Assembly (NCBI GenBank): GCA_937973555.1
Contig: CALJKL010000078.1
Location: forward strand, 8,232-72,231
Direction: 5' to 3'
Length of the DNA: 64,000 nucleotides
DNA from: an uncultured Flavobacteriales bacterium
GTDB taxonomy: Bacteria; Bacteroidota; Bacteroidia; Flavobacteriales; Weeksellaceae
Made by a program: the position numbers and the translations under genes. Under the pieces are notes generated by a model. That model saw only the letters and a program-made list of their open reading frames with translations. It was not told the origin of the DNA and searched no databases. This document shows positions 1 to 10,293 of the stretch, in pieces (the stretch's first letter is position 1; the number at the start of each line of letters is the position of its first letter).

Positions 1-1167
1 TACAGATTGGTAGATATCCCCATTTCCAATTGTCTTAATTCTGGGTTTAACAGGATTATGGTTTTGACGCAGTTTAATTCGGCATCGCTCAATTCTCATA
101 TCAAAAACACCTATCACTTTGATATTTTTAGCAAAGGTTTTGTAGATATTTTGGCGGCAGAGCAGAGTACAGAAAATGAAAACTGGTATCAAGGTACTGC
201 AGATGCTGTAAGGCAGTCCATGCGCCATCTGGAAAAATATGATTATGATTATATCCTGATTCTTTCCGGGGATCAATTATATCAGATGGATTTCAAAGAA
301 ATGATAGACTTTCATGTGACCAATGGCGGAGATATTACCATTGCTACCATCCCTGTAAATGCAAAAGATGCTACCGGCTTTGGGATTTTAAAATCCAATG
401 AAGAGAATCAGATTACCTCTTTTATTGAGAAGCCAAGCAATGATTTGTTGCCAGACTGGAAATCGGATGTTGCCAATGAAATGAAGCAGGTGGGTAGAGA
501 ATATCTTGCCTCAATGGGGATCTATGTTTTCAATAAAAAGGTATTGAAAAAAATATTTGATGAAGATCCAGGAGATGATTTTGGTAAAGATCTTATTCCA
601 AACGGTATTAAAAATAAGTATAAAACATTGAGTTTTCAATACAATGGTTATTGGACTGATATTGGTACTATTGGTTCTTTCTTTGAGGCCAATATGGATC
701 TTACCAGTGAATTACCAAAATTTAATATGTTTAGCAGTTCACCAATTTATACCAGGCCAAGGATGCTTCCTCCTTCCAAAATTAATGGTTCATTTGTAAA
801 TAAAGCTGTTTTTGGTGATGGTTGCATCATTATGGCAGATAAGATAGAGCATTCTCTTATTGGTATCAGAACCAGAATAGACAAAGGCAGTACTATCATC
901 AGATCATACATCATGGGGGCAGATTATTATCAAACTCCAGACAGTCTGGCAGATAATGATGCCAAAAAAATCCCAAACATAGGTATTGGTAAATTCTGCT
1001 ACATAGAAAATGCCATATTAGACAAAAACTGCCATATTGGGAATAATGTAAGGATAATAGGAAGTAAAAATCTGCCAGATGGTGATTTTAAATCTTATTC
1101 TATAAAAGACGGAATTATTGTCGTTAAAAAAGATGCCATCATAAAAGATGGAACAGTAATTCCATAG
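1..1167 (+). CDS. glgC: glucose-1-phosphate adenylyltransferase, 5' end outside window
   Basis: Frame 1 is open from base 1 (YRLVDIPISNCLNSGFNRIMVLTQFNSASLNSHI...). It has a nucleotidyltransferase N-domain and a beta-helix-like C-domain typical of GlgC. The track start at 7 is an internal TTG. Confidence 0.9.
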   Translation, partial: YRLVDIPISNCLNSGFNRIMVLTQFNSASLNSHIKNTYHFDIFSKGFVDILAAEQSTENENWYQGTADAVRQSMRHLEKYDYDYILILSGDQLYQMDFKEMIDFHVTNGGDITIATIPVNAKDATGFGILKSNEENQITSFIEKPSNDLLPDWKSDVANEMKQVGREYLASMGIYVFNKKVLKKIFDEDPGDDFGKDLIPNGIKNKYKTLSFQYNGYWTDIGTIGSFFEANMDLTSELPKFNMFSSSPIYTRPRMLPPSKINGSFVNKAVFGDGCIIMADKIEHSLIGIRTRIDKGSTIIRSYIMGADYYQTPDSLADNDAKKIPNIGIGKFCYIENAILDKNCHIGNNVRIIGSKNLPDGDFKSYSIKDGIIVVKKDAIIKDGTVIP

Positions 1168-1186
1168 AGTTTTTTCATTTAATGAA

Positions 1187-1224
1187 ATTGGGCTTGTAAA
1201 ATTTTTGCAAGCCCAATTTTTGTT
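1187..1224 (+). terminator. rho-independent terminator after glgC
   Basis: ATTGGGCTTG (1187-1196) pairs with CAAGCCCAAT (1208-1217) and is followed by TTTTGTT. Confidence 0.75.
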
Positions 1225-1225
1225 C

Positions 1226-1233
1226 TAAATTTG
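1226..1233 (+). promoter_or_regulatory. candidate Bacteroidota -7 box (TAAATTTG)
   Basis: Matches TAnnTTTG and lies 54 nt upstream of the ATG at 1288. Confidence 0.4.
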
Positions 1234-1287
1234 CCATATCTTTAAAAAACAAAAGGTAATATCCTCATCATTCATCACTTATAAATA

Positions 1288-2325
1288 ATGCGTCGTTATA
1301 CATTTGTAATCTACATCAGTATCATTTTATTGATTATTTATTCTCTTTCTATGCTTTTGATAGATGATAGCAAAAGTTTTACTATAGAAAAAGAAATTGA
1401 TTATCCTGTTCAGAAAGTTTTCCCTCAGTTTAATAATCTACAGAATTTCACTCAATGGAATGATTTTTTTGTTGATAAAGAAAATTATGGATATTCTTAT
1501 TATACGCCATACGAAGGGCAGGGAAGCTCTATGACCTATCAGAGTCTTAATGACGAATCAGATTTTGGAGATGTCTTTATCCGATACGAAAACCCTTTCT
1601 TAACCTTAAAATATGAGCTTTTTGAAAGGAAAAGAAACAATCCTTATAAGATAGATGTGAAATTTGTTCCAATGAAGAACAAAACCAAGGTCATCTGGTT
1701 TATTCATACTCCAAAACAACCCTTTCTAAAGAGATCTCTCAATTTGCTTTCAGAAGATTATATAGCGGGCAGTATAGAGCATTCTATGCATAACCTTACC
1801 CAACTGCTCAGTGGAAAAGTAGACAAAGAGATTCAGCTTTCTAAGATTAAGTATGATACTTTGATGGTGGAAAATCAAAAAGGAATGTTGCTTCTGGGTA
1901 TCAATGTTTCTACATCCAACAAAAAAGGTAATGCCATAAAAAGTATAGAGCTTAATCACAATAAAGTAGTGAATTTTGTATCGAAAGATTTGGGCAAAAA
2001 AGAAGATGAATATGGTACGCCGGTTCTTATTACAGAAGCTACAGGTTTCAAAAATAAGGAGGTTTCCTATTTTTACGGGGTTGCATTACCAAAAAGAATA
2101 GGAGTTTCGGATAATAATTTTTCTTTTAGAACTATAAATTCCTCTAAAAATTATGTGATGTACTACCAAGGAAAATATGAGGGAAGAACCAAATCTATTG
2201 GGCAATTATTGCTAAAGGCTAAGCAAGATAGCATGAGGAATGGATACCTTCAGGAAACCTTCCTAGAAGCGCCGGATTCTAAAAAAGATGTGAAAATAAA
2301 ACTTTCTTTGCCGGTCTTTAGATAA
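1288..2325 (+). CDS. membrane-anchored hypothetical protein; SRPBCC-like N-half and GyrI-like effector-binding C-half suspected
   Basis: 345-aa ORF with an N-terminal hydrophobic helix (FVIYISIILLIIYSLSMLLI). The domain calls rest on resemblance only. Confidence 0.55.
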   Translation: MRRYTFVIYISIILLIIYSLSMLLIDDSKSFTIEKEIDYPVQKVFPQFNNLQNFTQWNDFFVDKENYGYSYYTPYEGQGSSMTYQSLNDESDFGDVFIRYENPFLTLKYELFERKRNNPYKIDVKFVPMKNKTKVIWFIHTPKQPFLKRSLNLLSEDYIAGSIEHSMHNLTQLLSGKVDKEIQLSKIKYDTLMVENQKGMLLLGINVSTSNKKGNAIKSIELNHNKVVNFVSKDLGKKEDEYGTPVLITEATGFKNKEVSYFYGVALPKRIGVSDNNFSFRTINSSKNYVMYYQGKYEGRTKSIGQLLLKAKQDSMRNGYLQETFLEAPDSKKDVKIKLSLPVFR

Positions 2326-2396
2326 AACTTGTAAGGAAATTATGAAAAACTATATTAAATTACCAAATCCTTCATCATCTTTTCATAAATTTTTAA

Positions 2397-2404
2397 TACT
2401 TTTG
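2397..2404 (+). promoter_or_regulatory. candidate -7 box (TACTTTTG) for sucAB
   Basis: Matches TAnnTTTG and lies 46 nt upstream of the sucA ATG. Confidence 0.45.
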
Positions 2405-2450
2405 TAAGATATAATTATATTAATCACAAAACACAGATAATCTGTTAATA

Positions 2451-5249
2451 ATGGACAAATTTTCATTCCTTAATGCTGCACATTCTCAATTTATTGAAGA
2501 TCTATATCAACAATATCTGAAATTTCCAGATTCTGTAGAGCCTTCTTGGAAATCTTTCTTCCAAGGTTTCGATTTTGCATTGGAATATTATGGCGATGAA
2601 ACTTCAGTGGCACAGTTGGTAAATGCAGCGGTATCATCAGGAAATGTACCGGATAATATCGAGAAAGAATTCAAGGTAATCAATCTTATCAACGATTACA
2701 GAAGAAGAGGGCATCTTTTTACCAAAACCAATCCGGTAAGAGACAGAAGAACCTATTCCCCAGATTTATCAATAGAAAATTATGGGCTTTCTAAGGAAGA
2801 TCTTAATACAAAATTTAACTGCGCGATAGAAACCGGTATGCCCGGTGCAGCAACTTTGGCAGAGCTTATAGTGCATTTAGAAAAAATCTACTGCAACTCT
2901 ATTGGGGTAGAATACATGCACATTAATAATGTGGAGGAAAAGAAATTCATCAAAGAATGGCTTCACGTTAATGAAAATCATCCTAAACTGACAGCAGAGG
3001 AGAAGAAAGAAATCCTTCACAAACTCAATCAGGCAGTAGCGTTCGAAAATTATCTTCATACCAAATTTGTGGGGCAAAAGCGTTTCTCTTTGGAAGGGGG
3101 TGAATCTTTAATTCCTGCGCTAGACCAATTGATTTCTAAGTCTTCTGTTCATGGTGTAGATGAGGTTATTTTGGGGATGGCTCACAGAGGAAGATTGAAT
3201 GTGTTAACCAATATTTTCCAAAAATCTTACAAACAAATCTTCTCAGAATTTGAAGGAAAAGAATTTGAAGAAGATGTTTTTTCCGGTGACGTAAAATACC
3301 ACTTGGGGGCTTCTAAAAAAGTAACTACCGCCGCAGGCGAAGAAGTAAAAATAAATCTGGTGCCAAATCCTTCTCACTTAGAAACAGTAGCTTCTTTGGT
3401 GCAGGGAATTGCCAGAGCAAAAATAGATAACAATTACAGTGGCGATTCCAAAAAAGTATTGCCGATTGTGATCCATGGTGATGCAGCAGTGGCTGGTCAG
3501 GGTATAGTTTATGAAGTGGCACAGATGATGACTTTAGAAGGATACAGAACTGGCGGTACCGTTCATATTGTTGTCAACAACCAAGTAGGCTTTACCACTA
3601 ATTATTTGGATGCCCGTTCATCTGTTTACTGTACAGACATTGCCAAAGTGACTGATTCACCGGTAATGCATGTTAATGATGATGACGTAGAAGCAGTAGT
3701 GCATGCCATCAGATTTGCTGCAGACTACAGAGCAGCATTTGGTAAAGATGTATACATTGATTTATTAGGTTATAGAAAATATGGACATAACGAAGGTGAT
3801 GAACCGAGATTTACACAGCCTAATCTTTATAAAACCATTTCTAAACACCCTAACCCAAGAGAAATCTACAAAGAAAAACTCAAAAAAGAGGGGGTTGTTT
3901 CTGATGCAGTTTTGGCAGAAATGGAAACTCAGTTCAAAGCACTTTTAGATGAAAACTTTGATGCCGCAAAAGGAATTGAAAGAAATACCATGGCCGTTTT
4001 CATGGAAGAAGATTGGAAAGATTTCCCTTCTTTAGGAAAACTAGATCAGGTTTTGGCAGATTACGATACCAAGTATGATGTGGCAAAACTGAAAGAATTG
4101 GCCACTAAGATTTCTACCCTTCCTGCAGATAAAAAATTCATCAATAAAATATCAAGACTTTTTGAAACAAGATTGAAAATGCTGGAAACCGATTCTTTGG
4201 ATTGGGCAATGGGAGAGCTATTGGCTTATGCTACGCTACTTACTGAAGGCAATAATATAAGAATCTCTGGGGAAGATGTAGAAAGAGGAACATTCTCTCA
4301 CAGACATGCTGTGGTAAAAACAGAAGACAATGAAGAAGAATATGTGCCATTGAAGCATGTTTCGGATAAAAGATTTGATGTGTTCAATTCATTGCTTTCA
4401 GAATATGGTGTGCTAGGTTTTGATTATGGTTATGCCATGACATCGCCTACTACTTTAACGATTTGGGAAGCGCAGTTTGGTGATTTCGTGAATGGTGCAC
4501 AGATTTTAATTGACCAATATTTGGTAGCGGCAGAAGAAAAATGGAAAGTTCAAAACGGTTTGGTAATGCTATTGCCTCACGGTTTCGAGGGACAGGGTGC
4601 AGAGCACTCTTCTGCAAGATTAGAGAGATTCTTGAATCTGTGTGCTAACGAAAATATTATCGTGGCCAACTGTACTACGCCAGCCAACTATTTCCACTTG
4701 TTAAGAAGACAGCAGAAATTCCCTTTCAGAAAGCCATTGGTGGTAATGACGCCTAAGTCTTTGCTTCGTCATCCAAGAGTGGTTTCCAAAGTAGAAGAAT
4801 TGGCCAATGGAAGTTTCCAACCGATTATAGATGATGCATCTGCAGATCCTAAAAAAGTCGAAAAATTGGTACTTTGTTCAGGTAAATTATACTATGAATT
4901 ACTAGCCAAAAAAGAAGAACTGAATGACGAAAAAACAGCATTGGTAAGAATGGAACAACTCTATCCTATCAATGACGAGAAAATTCAGTCTATTTTTGAT
5001 AAATATGCTAACAAAAAAGATTTGGTTTGGGCTCAGGAAGAACCAGAAAACATGGGTGCTTGGACGTTTATGCTTCGTAAATTCAGAAACCAAAACATCC
5101 AGGTAATTGCCCCTGTAGCAAGTGGAACACCTGCCCCGGGAACTCATAAAAAATTCGAAAAGAACCAAAAAGGAGTTATCAACAGAGTTTTCGGAGTACA
5201 GGAAAACAATGTGGAAATTGCAAAACCAATTTCAGAACTTAATGATTAA
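2451..5249 (+). CDS. sucA: 2-oxoglutarate dehydrogenase E1 component
   Basis: 932 aa. Shows typical OGDH E1 blocks ([60 protein letters not shown]). Confidence 0.97.
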   Translation: MDKFSFLNAAHSQFIEDLYQQYLKFPDSVEPSWKSFFQGFDFALEYYGDETSVAQLVNAAVSSGNVPDNIEKEFKVINLINDYRRRGHLFTKTNPVRDRRTYSPDLSIENYGLSKEDLNTKFNCAIETGMPGAATLAELIVHLEKIYCNSIGVEYMHINNVEEKKFIKEWLHVNENHPKLTAEEKKEILHKLNQAVAFENYLHTKFVGQKRFSLEGGESLIPALDQLISKSSVHGVDEVILGMAHRGRLNVLTNIFQKSYKQIFSEFEGKEFEEDVFSGDVKYHLGASKKVTTAAGEEVKINLVPNPSHLETVASLVQGIARAKIDNNYSGDSKKVLPIVIHGDAAVAGQGIVYEVAQMMTLEGYRTGGTVHIVVNNQVGFTTNYLDARSSVYCTDIAKVTDSPVMHVNDDDVEAVVHAIRFAADYRAAFGKDVYIDLLGYRKYGHNEGDEPRFTQPNLYKTISKHPNPREIYKEKLKKEGVVSDAVLAEMETQFKALLDENFDAAKGIERNTMAVFMEEDWKDFPSLGKLDQVLADYDTKYDVAKLKELATKISTLPADKKFINKISRLFETRLKMLETDSLDWAMGELLAYATLLTEGNNIRISGEDVERGTFSHRHAVVKTEDNEEEYVPLKHVSDKRFDVFNSLLSEYGVLGFDYGYAMTSPTTLTIWEAQFGDFVNGAQILIDQYLVAAEEKWKVQNGLVMLLPHGFEGQGAEHSSARLERFLNLCANENIIVANCTTPANYFHLLRRQQKFPFRKPLVVMTPKSLLRHPRVVSKVEELANGSFQPIIDDASADPKKVEKLVLCSGKLYYELLAKKEELNDEKTALVRMEQLYPINDEKIQSIFDKYANKKDLVWAQEEPENMGAWTFMLRKFRNQNIQVIAPVASGTPAPGTHKKFEKNQKGVINRVFGVQENNVEIAKPISELND

Positions 5250-5275
5250 TTAAAGAAGAAAAAAAATATCATACA

Positions 5276-6508
5276 ATGTCAATATTAGAAATGAAAGTTC
5301 CTTCTCCGGGAGAATCAATCACAGAAGTAGAAATTGCAAATTGGTTGGTAAAAGACGGAGATTACGTAGAAAAAGATCAGGCTATTGCAGAAGTAGATTC
5401 TGATAAAGCAACACTAGAACTTCCTGCAGAACAAGCTGGTATTATTACCCTAAAAGCAGAAGAGGGAGAAGTGGTAAAAGTAGGTCAGGTGGTTTGTTTA
5501 ATAGATATGAGTGCAGCAAAACCTGAAGGAAATGCTGCGCCTGCTCCTGCTAAAGAAGAGCCAAAAGCCGAGGCTCCAAAGGCTGAAGCTCCAAAACCTG
5601 CTGAAAAACCTGCGCCTGCTTCTTACGCTACCAATGCACCATCTCCTTCGGCTAAAAAAATCCTAGACGAAAAAGGGATTGACGCAGCGGCGGTTTCTGG
5701 AACTGGTAGAGATGGCAGAATTACCAAGGAAGATGCAGAAAACGCAACTCCTGGTGTGCCGGCAATGGGAGCATCTACTGGGAATAGAGCCCAAACTACT
5801 ACAAAACTTTCAGTATTAAGAAGAAAATTGGCGGCAAGATTGGTTTCTGTAAAAAATGAAACCGCTATGTTAACTACCTTTAATGAGGTAGATATGTCAG
5901 AAATTTTCAGAATTAGAAAACAATATAAAGACGAATTTGCAGCAAAACATGGGGTAGGTCTTGGTTTTATGTCTTTCTTCACGAAAGCTGTTACCAGAGC
6001 TTTACAAATGTATCCAGATGTAAATGCAATGATTGACGGAGACTACAAAATCAATAATGAATTTTGTGATATCTCTATCGCAGTTTCTGGGCCAAAAGGA
6101 TTGATGGTTCCTGTATTAAGAAATGCAGAAAACCTTACCCTAAGAGGAGTAGAAGCAAGCATTAAAGACCTTGCTACCAGAGTAAGAGATGGTAAAATAA
6201 CTATTGAAGAAATGACAGGTGGTACATTCACCATTACCAATGGTGGGGTATTTGGCTCTATGCTTTCTACACCAATCATTAACCCTCCTCAATCTGCGAT
6301 TTTAGGAATGCATAATATCATTGAAAGACCTGTTGCTGTAAAAGGACAAGTGGAAATAAGACCAATGATGTATTTGGCTGTTTCTTATGATCACAGAATT
6401 ATTGACGGTAGAGAATCTGTAGGATTCTTGGTAGCTGTAAAAGAAGCGCTAGACAATCCTGTTGAAATATTAATGGGAGGCGACGAGAGAAAGGCGCTGG
6501 AATTATAA
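5276..6508 (+). CDS. sucB: dihydrolipoyllysine-residue succinyltransferase (E2o)
   Basis: Has a single lipoyl domain ([13 protein letters not shown]), an Ala/Pro-rich linker, an E3-binding segment, and a catalytic DHRIIDGRE motif. It starts 26 nt after sucA. Confidence 0.97.
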   Translation: MSILEMKVPSPGESITEVEIANWLVKDGDYVEKDQAIAEVDSDKATLELPAEQAGIITLKAEEGEVVKVGQVVCLIDMSAAKPEGNAAPAPAKEEPKAEAPKAEAPKPAEKPAPASYATNAPSPSAKKILDEKGIDAAAVSGTGRDGRITKEDAENATPGVPAMGASTGNRAQTTTKLSVLRRKLAARLVSVKNETAMLTTFNEVDMSEIFRIRKQYKDEFAAKHGVGLGFMSFFTKAVTRALQMYPDVNAMIDGDYKINNEFCDISIAVSGPKGLMVPVLRNAENLTLRGVEASIKDLATRVRDGKITIEEMTGGTFTITNGGVFGSMLSTPIINPPQSAILGMHNIIERPVAVKGQVEIRPMMYLAVSYDHRIIDGRESVGFLVAVKEALDNPVEILMGGDERKALEL

Positions 6509-6535
6509 AATAATTTTTATTTTTTATAAAATTTT

Positions 6536-6568
6536 ATCCCGTCGATCTTTCGGCGGGATTTTGTTTTT
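6536..6568 (+). terminator. rho-independent terminator after sucB
   Basis: ATCCCGTCG pairs with CGGCGGGAT (one G:U), followed by TTTGTTTTT. Confidence 0.7.
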
Positions 6569-6586
6569 ATATTTAAAACAAAAACT

Positions 6587-6973
6587 ATGTACTCAATTAT
6601 CACTAATGATATCAAAGTTTCTGTAATTCCAGAATATGACAGTAGAAATTCTTTTCCATCAGAAAATAGGTTTGTTTTTAGATACAATATTATGATAGAA
6701 AATTTAAGTCATGAAGCGGTAATCTTGTTGAAAAGGCATTGGGTTATTCATGATTTTGGATTTGGAAATACTGAAGCAAAAGGAAATGGTGTCATTGGTC
6801 TTGTGCCTGAAATTTTACCGGGCGAAACCTTTAATTATTATTCTAATGTAGTTTTGCGTTCGGGTATTGGTCATATGAGGGGTAAATATCTTTTGAAGAA
6901 TATTAATTCTCTTGAAACATTTGAATCTTATATTCCTAAATTTAATTTATTCACAGATGTCTTAAAAAATTAA
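6587..6973 (+). CDS. apaG: ApaG (DUF525) protein
   Basis: 128 aa. The ApaG-like sequence (FVFRYNIMIENLSHEAVILLKRHWVIHD...GNGVIGLVPEILPGE) is typical of this family in size and beta-sandwich pattern. Confidence 0.8.
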   Translation: MYSIITNDIKVSVIPEYDSRNSFPSENRFVFRYNIMIENLSHEAVILLKRHWVIHDFGFGNTEAKGNGVIGLVPEILPGETFNYYSNVVLRSGIGHMRGKYLLKNINSLETFESYIPKFNLFTDVLKN

Positions 6974-7049
6974 TTAAATCATATATATTATATTAAAAGC
7001 TCAAAGTATTAGAGGAGCATCTTTTGACGCGTTCATTTTTCTTTTTTAA

Positions 7050-7604
7050 TTACAAAACTTTCAAATTGTTACTCAATAATTGTTCTGCTTCTTCATTTTT
7101 AGAAATGAAAAGCCTTTCAAAAGCCAGTAAAGAAATTTTGGCGCATACTTCGGCGTCGTCACCTGCACGGTGATGGTTAAAGGAAATCTGATGCTGGTTT
7201 GCTAAGTTTTTCAAGCCATAACTTTGTAGCCCTTTCCAAGATTTTTTTGCCAATTGTATGCTGCAAAGATATTTTGTTTTGGGTTTGAAAATGCCATAAT
7301 AGTCAAGGCAGCCTCTTAAAACGCTGGCATCAAATGAGGCATTGTGCGCAATCATCATATTCCCATAAAGCAATTCTTCTACCTCGTGCCATATTTCGTC
7401 AAAAGTAGGTGCATCTGCTACATCGTGAGGAGAAATACCATGTACATTAATATTATGAGGGTTAAAATAAGGAAAACTAGGGGGCTTAATGAGCCATGTT
7501 TTGGTTTCTGCGATTTCAGAATTTTCCACCACACATATTCCCAGTTCGCAGGCGGAGTTTCTCTCGTGAGTTGCTGTTTCGAAGTCTAAGGCTACAAAAT
7601 TCAT
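7050..7604 (-). CDS. DEDDh 3'-5' exonuclease (DnaQ/epsilon-like, stand-alone)
   Basis: Exo I FVALDFETA, Exo II MIAHNASFDASVL, and Exo III HHRAGDDAEVCA. Confidence 0.85.
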   Translation of the reverse strand: MNFVALDFETATHERNSACELGICVVENSEIAETKTWLIKPPSFPYFNPHNINVHGISPHDVADAPTFDEIWHEVEELLYGNMMIAHNASFDASVLRGCLDYYGIFKPKTKYLCSIQLAKKSWKGLQSYGLKNLANQHQISFNHHRAGDDAEVCAKISLLAFERLFISKNEEAEQLLSNNLKVL

Positions 7605-7613
7605 CTTTTTAAT

Positions 7614-8384
7614 TTAATGTTCCAAAATTCTATAAATTTCATGTTGGAAAATTTCAAAATGTTCTAAATTATCATGTTTTCCACCAATGATTTCAATAAA
7701 TTTTTTAGGAGTTTCTGGCTGATATTCCTCAAAAACCTGAAATAGTTTTCTTCCTGATTTTATCGGCACAACTGCATCTTTTGTACCATGGAAATGGTAT
7801 AGGGGCGCCTTTATTTTTTTTATGTATTCATTAGAAAGAAAATGATATGGAAATATGGGGGACAATATATTGGTGATTGTATTCGGAATGAGTCTGTTTG
7901 CCATATCTTGAAGGTTGTAAAAAGTGCTCTCTAAAATTACCTTTTTTGGGGAATTTTCACTGGCTATTTTGGTGGCAAAAGCCCCACCAAGGCTTCTTCC
8001 ATATATAATAATTTTATTTTCAGAATATTTGTCTTTCAAAAAATCATAACAAAACTGTGCATCGGTAAACATATTTTCTTCAGTTCTTTTACCTGTACTT
8101 TTTCCATAACCTCTATAATCCATCACTAAAACATCATATCTGAATTGCGTAAATTTTGAGGCAATTTTCCCCCATCGATGGAGGTTGTCTGCATTGCCAT
8201 GAAAATAGAGCAATACGCCCTTGGGCTTATCAACATGAAAATGCAGCGCATTGATTTTTCCCTCATTAGCCGTCTCAAAAAAATATTCTTGGAATGGATT
8301 TTGGAATTCATAATAATGATGATGAGGCAAAATAACGGGCAAAAAAACCACTTTTTCTTGAAAAAACTGGATAATCTTGTTCAT
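7614..8384 (-). CDS. alpha/beta hydrolase, Bem46/ABHD12-13-like (no N-terminal anchor)
   Basis: Motifs HGNADN, DYRGYGKSTG, nucleophile elbow GRSLGG, and HGTKDAVVP. It is a paralogue of the adjacent gene. Confidence 0.85.
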   Translation of the reverse strand: MNKIIQFFQEKVVFLPVILPHHHYYEFQNPFQEYFFETANEGKINALHFHVDKPKGVLLYFHGNADNLHRWGKIASKFTQFRYDVLVMDYRGYGKSTGKRTEENMFTDAQFCYDFLKDKYSENKIIIYGRSLGGAFATKIASENSPKKVILESTFYNLQDMANRLIPNTITNILSPIFPYHFLSNEYIKKIKAPLYHFHGTKDAVVPIKSGRKLFQVFEEYQPETPKKFIEIIGGKHDNLEHFEIFQHEIYRILEH

Positions 8385-8411
8385 TTCAAAATGAATAATT
8401 CAAATTTACAA

Positions 8412-9263
8412 TTATTTACGATGATTGAATGCCAGGCTGGTATTTTTAATATCTATTTCAGTATTTTTTTCATTGAAGATCTCTTCCATTACGCGATGGT
8501 ATTCTTCAAATTGATGGATATTAATATGACCAGCACCTAAAATGGCATAAAACCTTGTCCACTTAGGATTAATGGTAGATAATTCTATGGCCACTTTTAT
8601 AGGAACTAAATTATCATTGGTTCCATGGATAATTTTTATGGGGCATGTTACAGCTTTTAGATATTGAAATGTAGGGAGATTGTATCTCATAAATGGCCTT
8701 GCGGGCATATAAGGCATATAACGATGTATGGTGCGAATTAAACTGTATAGTGGAGAAGTAAGGATAAGCATTTTTGGTCTGTTTTTAGCCGCCAGCATAG
8801 CTGCAAAACCAGCACCTAAACTCCTTCCATAGACAATGATATTGTTTTCGTCCCAGTTTTTTTTCTCAAGGTCATAGATGAATTGTATGTCACGTTTTAA
8901 GGCTTCATTGGTTCTTCTGCCTGTGCTTTTGCCAAAGCCTCTGTAGTCCAGCATTATAACTTCATAGCCCAATCTGGTGAAGTCTATGGCAAATTTTCCC
9001 CATCCTTTTATACTTTTGGTATTTCCTTTTAGATAAAAAACCAATCCTTTTGGCTTTTCTACTTTAAAATGAAGATAATCTATTAAGGCACCAGGTTCTG
9101 TTTCTACCATTTTTTCTTCGGCATATAGATTTTCATATGCAAATTTAAAATCCGAAGGCAATTTTTCCGGATGAAAAAGGAACTTGTGTTGAAAAAAATA
9201 AATAAACAGCCCTGTGATTAATGTAATTATTAATATAATTGCTAGAATAACATAAACATTCAT
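8412..9263 (-). CDS. alpha/beta hydrolase, Bem46/ABHD12-13-like, N-terminally membrane anchored
   Basis: N-terminal TM helix (VYVILAIILIITLITGLFIYFF), plus DYRGFGKSTG, GRSLGAG and HGTNDNLVP. Confidence 0.85.
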   Translation of the reverse strand: MNVYVILAIILIITLITGLFIYFFQHKFLFHPEKLPSDFKFAYENLYAEEKMVETEPGALIDYLHFKVEKPKGLVFYLKGNTKSIKGWGKFAIDFTRLGYEVIMLDYRGFGKSTGRRTNEALKRDIQFIYDLEKKNWDENNIIVYGRSLGAGFAAMLAAKNRPKMLILTSPLYSLIRTIHRYMPYMPARPFMRYNLPTFQYLKAVTCPIKIIHGTNDNLVPIKVAIELSTINPKWTRFYAILGAGHINIHQFEEYHRVMEEIFNEKNTEIDIKNTSLAFNHRK

Positions 9264-9318
9264 TGAATTTTCGTTAAAAAGATAAATTTAATGAAAATTA
9301 TATAAAAATGTTTAATTT

Positions 9319-10281
9319 TTATAAAAAATGTTTAAAGATTAACCATTTTGATTGATAATAGTTTTTTATCTGATTTCTACCTCTTAGCTTCCAGGTTTCT
9401 AATGCCTGACCATAGAATCCGAAATGAGCTTTTACGACTGCCCAAAGATGAGGAAAGCCATCTTTTAATCCGAAATAAATGCCTGCAAAACCATCTAAAA
9501 CCAATCTGAATGGGATAAGCCAGAGAAGGGTAGATGTTGGCAAATTTTTCAGCAACATGGAAAGATTGTTTCTAATGTTGAGATATGTTTTTTGCGGAGA
9601 CTGTTTGTTGAGGGTTCCACCACCCACATGAAATACAGTTGATGCTCCACAGTAGTATATTTTTCTTCCGGTATTTTTCAGTCGCCAGCAGAGGTCTATT
9701 TCTTCCTGATGTGCAAAGAAGCGTTCATCAAAACCCTTCATTGCCCAAAAATCTTCTTTTCTGATGAATAGGGCACATCCTGAAGCCCAAAAGATCTCTG
9801 CTTCATCATCGTATTGGCCATTGTCTTTTTCTAAATCATCAAAAATTCTACCTCTGCAGTAAGGGTAACCAAGGTTGTCTATCATTCCGCCTCCTGCTCC
9901 TGCAAATTCAAAGTATCCATCAGCTTCAAAAGAACGGACTTTGGGTTGAATAGCAGCTATTTCCAGATTCTTTTCGAAAAGATTTAGAATATGAGAAATC
10001 CAATTTTCTGTAACCTGAACATCAGAATTTAATAGGCAATAGATTTCTTCATTGATGGATTTCAGTCCTTCATTATAACCGCCTGCAAAGCCTGTATTTG
10101 TAGTATTTTTTATAACCTTAACCGTTGGGAAATATTTTTCTACAAAAGCTATAGAATCATCTGTAGACGCGTTGTCTATTACATATATCTGCGCTTCGTC
10201 AGAATATTCTAAAACATTGGGAAGGAATTTTTCCAGCCAATGCTTTCCATTCCAGTTAAGTATAGCAATTGCAATTTTCAA
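9319..10281 (-). CDS. family 2 glycosyltransferase
   Basis: GT-A fold N-terminus (IAILNWNGKHWLEKFL...IDNASTDDS...LLNSDV) and a C-terminal membrane-associated helix. Confidence 0.88.
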   Translation of the reverse strand: MKIAIAILNWNGKHWLEKFLPNVLEYSDEAQIYVIDNASTDDSIAFVEKYFPTVKVIKNTTNTGFAGGYNEGLKSINEEIYCLLNSDVQVTENWISHILNLFEKNLEIAAIQPKVRSFEADGYFEFAGAGGGMIDNLGYPYCRGRIFDDLEKDNGQYDDEAEIFWASGCALFIRKEDFWAMKGFDERFFAHQEEIDLCWRLKNTGRKIYYCGASTVFHVGGGTLNKQSPQKTYLNIRNNLSMLLKNLPTSTLLWLIPFRLVLDGFAGIYFGLKDGFPHLWAVVKAHFGFYGQALETWKLRGRNQIKNYYQSKWLIFKHFL

Positions 10282-10293
10282 ATCTCAAAAGTT

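Noticed and set aside
5500-5640. Repetitive GCT/CCA/AAA-rich DNA encoding [29 protein letters not shown] in sucB.
   Set aside because: This is the ordinary Ala/Pro/Lys-rich flexible linker between the lipoyl and E3-binding domains of E2 proteins.
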